From: Candidatus Parcubacteria bacterium
GTDB taxonomy: Bacteria > Patescibacteriota > Minisyncoccia > Phycocordibacterales > UBA2100
NCBI GenBank assembly: GCA_041168925.1
Contig: JBEEJY010000010.1
Span: 12,430-76,429, forward strand
Reading direction: 5' to 3'
DNA length: 64,000 bases
Positions 63,282 through 64,000 of the stretch are shown here, one piece after another. The notes beneath the pieces are model-generated. The model made no database searches, was not told where the DNA came from, and saw nothing but the letters and a program-made list of their open reading frames with translations. Positions within the stretch are counted from its first letter, which is position 1. Each line of letters opens with the position of its first letter. The position numbers and the translations under genes are program-made.

Positions 63282-63965
63282 CTATTTCGAAAGCGTGTAC
63301 TTCCCTTCCGGAGTCCGCGCAAACATCGAATGCTGCAAATTGACGGCGATGGTGGCGTCTTTGACATATCGCTCGCGCTTCACGCGATCCACGATCTCTT
63401 CGCGCGTGAGCGGACCTTCGCGCTTCAAAATACCGGCAATGACATCGCGCACGACTCCCGGCTCGTACCCCCATTCTTTCAGAGCATAGAGCCCGCGTCC
63501 GACGAGAACGAACCGGTTGTCTTTGATGAGTTCATTGTGGGTGGTCGCCGGATGCGTCTTGCGGCCGAAGAGTTTTTCGATCGATCGAGCGACTTCGGTG
63601 AAGTGCATCGGAGAGCCGTGGCGTTTGAGCGTGAGATAGGCGAAGTCGCGCGTGTTTTTGATCCGCACGTGAGGCGACTCCGAACGTCCCCACTCGCCGA
63701 GCGGGTTTTTACCGATGCGCTTGCTGATCGAGAGCCAGCGAGAGAGCACTTCGGTCGGACGGGGCTTCACCCCCTGCTGCCTCAGGTGCTTGTTGAAGAG
63801 TTCCACGAATTCTTCGTGCGGGATCAATTTGTTGGACTCGAGCGACTCGTAAAGATTCGAGAGTGACGCTTCCACCTGATCGGCGAGCGCTTCGTCGATA
63901 TGCCAGCGCGCTTTGAAATCCGCATCTTCCCGGCGGTCGTCAAACTGATGACCGACCGTGAGCAA
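63282..63965 (-). CDS. HARE-HTH (RpoE/delta-N-like winged helix) domain protein
   Basis: The C-terminal half has two wHTH units (MHFTEVARSIEKLF...DNRFVLVGRGLYALKEW; ...LTREEIVDRVKRER...) resembling HARE-HTH. Confidence 0.45.
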   Translation of the reverse strand: MLTVGHQFDDRREDADFKARWHIDEALADQVEASLSNLYESLESNKLIPHEEFVELFNKHLRQQGVKPRPTEVLSRWLSISKRIGKNPLGEWGRSESPHVRIKNTRDFAYLTLKRHGSPMHFTEVARSIEKLFGRKTHPATTHNELIKDNRFVLVGRGLYALKEWGYEPGVVRDVIAGILKREGPLTREEIVDRVKRERYVKDATIAVNLQHSMFARTPEGKYTLSK

Positions 63966-64000
63966 AAACGCGAGATGGCTGCGATCGGCCTCGTTCCCGG

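Noticed and set aside
1-64000. CRISPR arrays, rRNA or tRNA genes, transposases or integrases
   Set aside because: No regularly spaced repeats, no rRNA-like conserved stretches, and no recombinase or transposase motifs (DDE, tyrosine or serine recombinase) in any frame. Mobility is inferred only from repeats flanking cassettes.

Overview
The window is 64 kb at about 60% GC, densely packed with housekeeping genes, mostly on the minus strand. The gene content (short AlaRS, DUF5671-like and other lineage-specific membrane proteins, many small secreted proteins) fits a reduced-genome bacterium, possibly Patescibacteria/CPR-like; that placement is inference only. Core genes recognised: ychF, leuS, cysS, corA-like, ctpA-like S41 peptidase, rplI, rpmA, gltX, murG, ftsW, mraY, a D-Ala-D-Ala carboxypeptidase, scpB, scpA, asnS/aspS-type, trpS, the grpE-dnaK-dnaJ operon, the ribosomal/rpoA cluster rpsI-rplM-rplQ-rpoA-rpsD-rpsK-rpsM-rpmJ-infA, alaS, ung, mnmA, mltG, and polyamine genes (speH, carboxynorspermidine dehydrogenase and decarboxylase). 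No rRNA, tRNA or CRISPR array was found. Accessory content includes three type II toxin-antitoxin modules of different families (PIN/VapC-like, MazF/PemK with Phd/YefM-like, RelE/ParE with its antitoxin). Two of them are bracketed by direct repeats. Other unusual items are a leuS ORF carrying a YdeN/RBBP9-like serine hydrolase domain and a Nudix hydrolase domain, an AT-rich 36-44 bp palindromic element present three times (twice flanking a PaaX-like regulator gene), and a DNA-related operon (TM protein - ATP-cone/Mrr-like endonuclease - MgtC - Cas4-like nuclease) next to an MGMT-DNA-binding-domain::SAM-methyltransferase fusion. Several promoters share a TA(T/C)ACT-N6-ATG leaderless architecture. 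Most other six-frame ORFs are Arg-rich antisense shadow ORFs of the real genes. Coordinates I derived by hand (starts, repeats, promoters) may be off by 1-2 nt.
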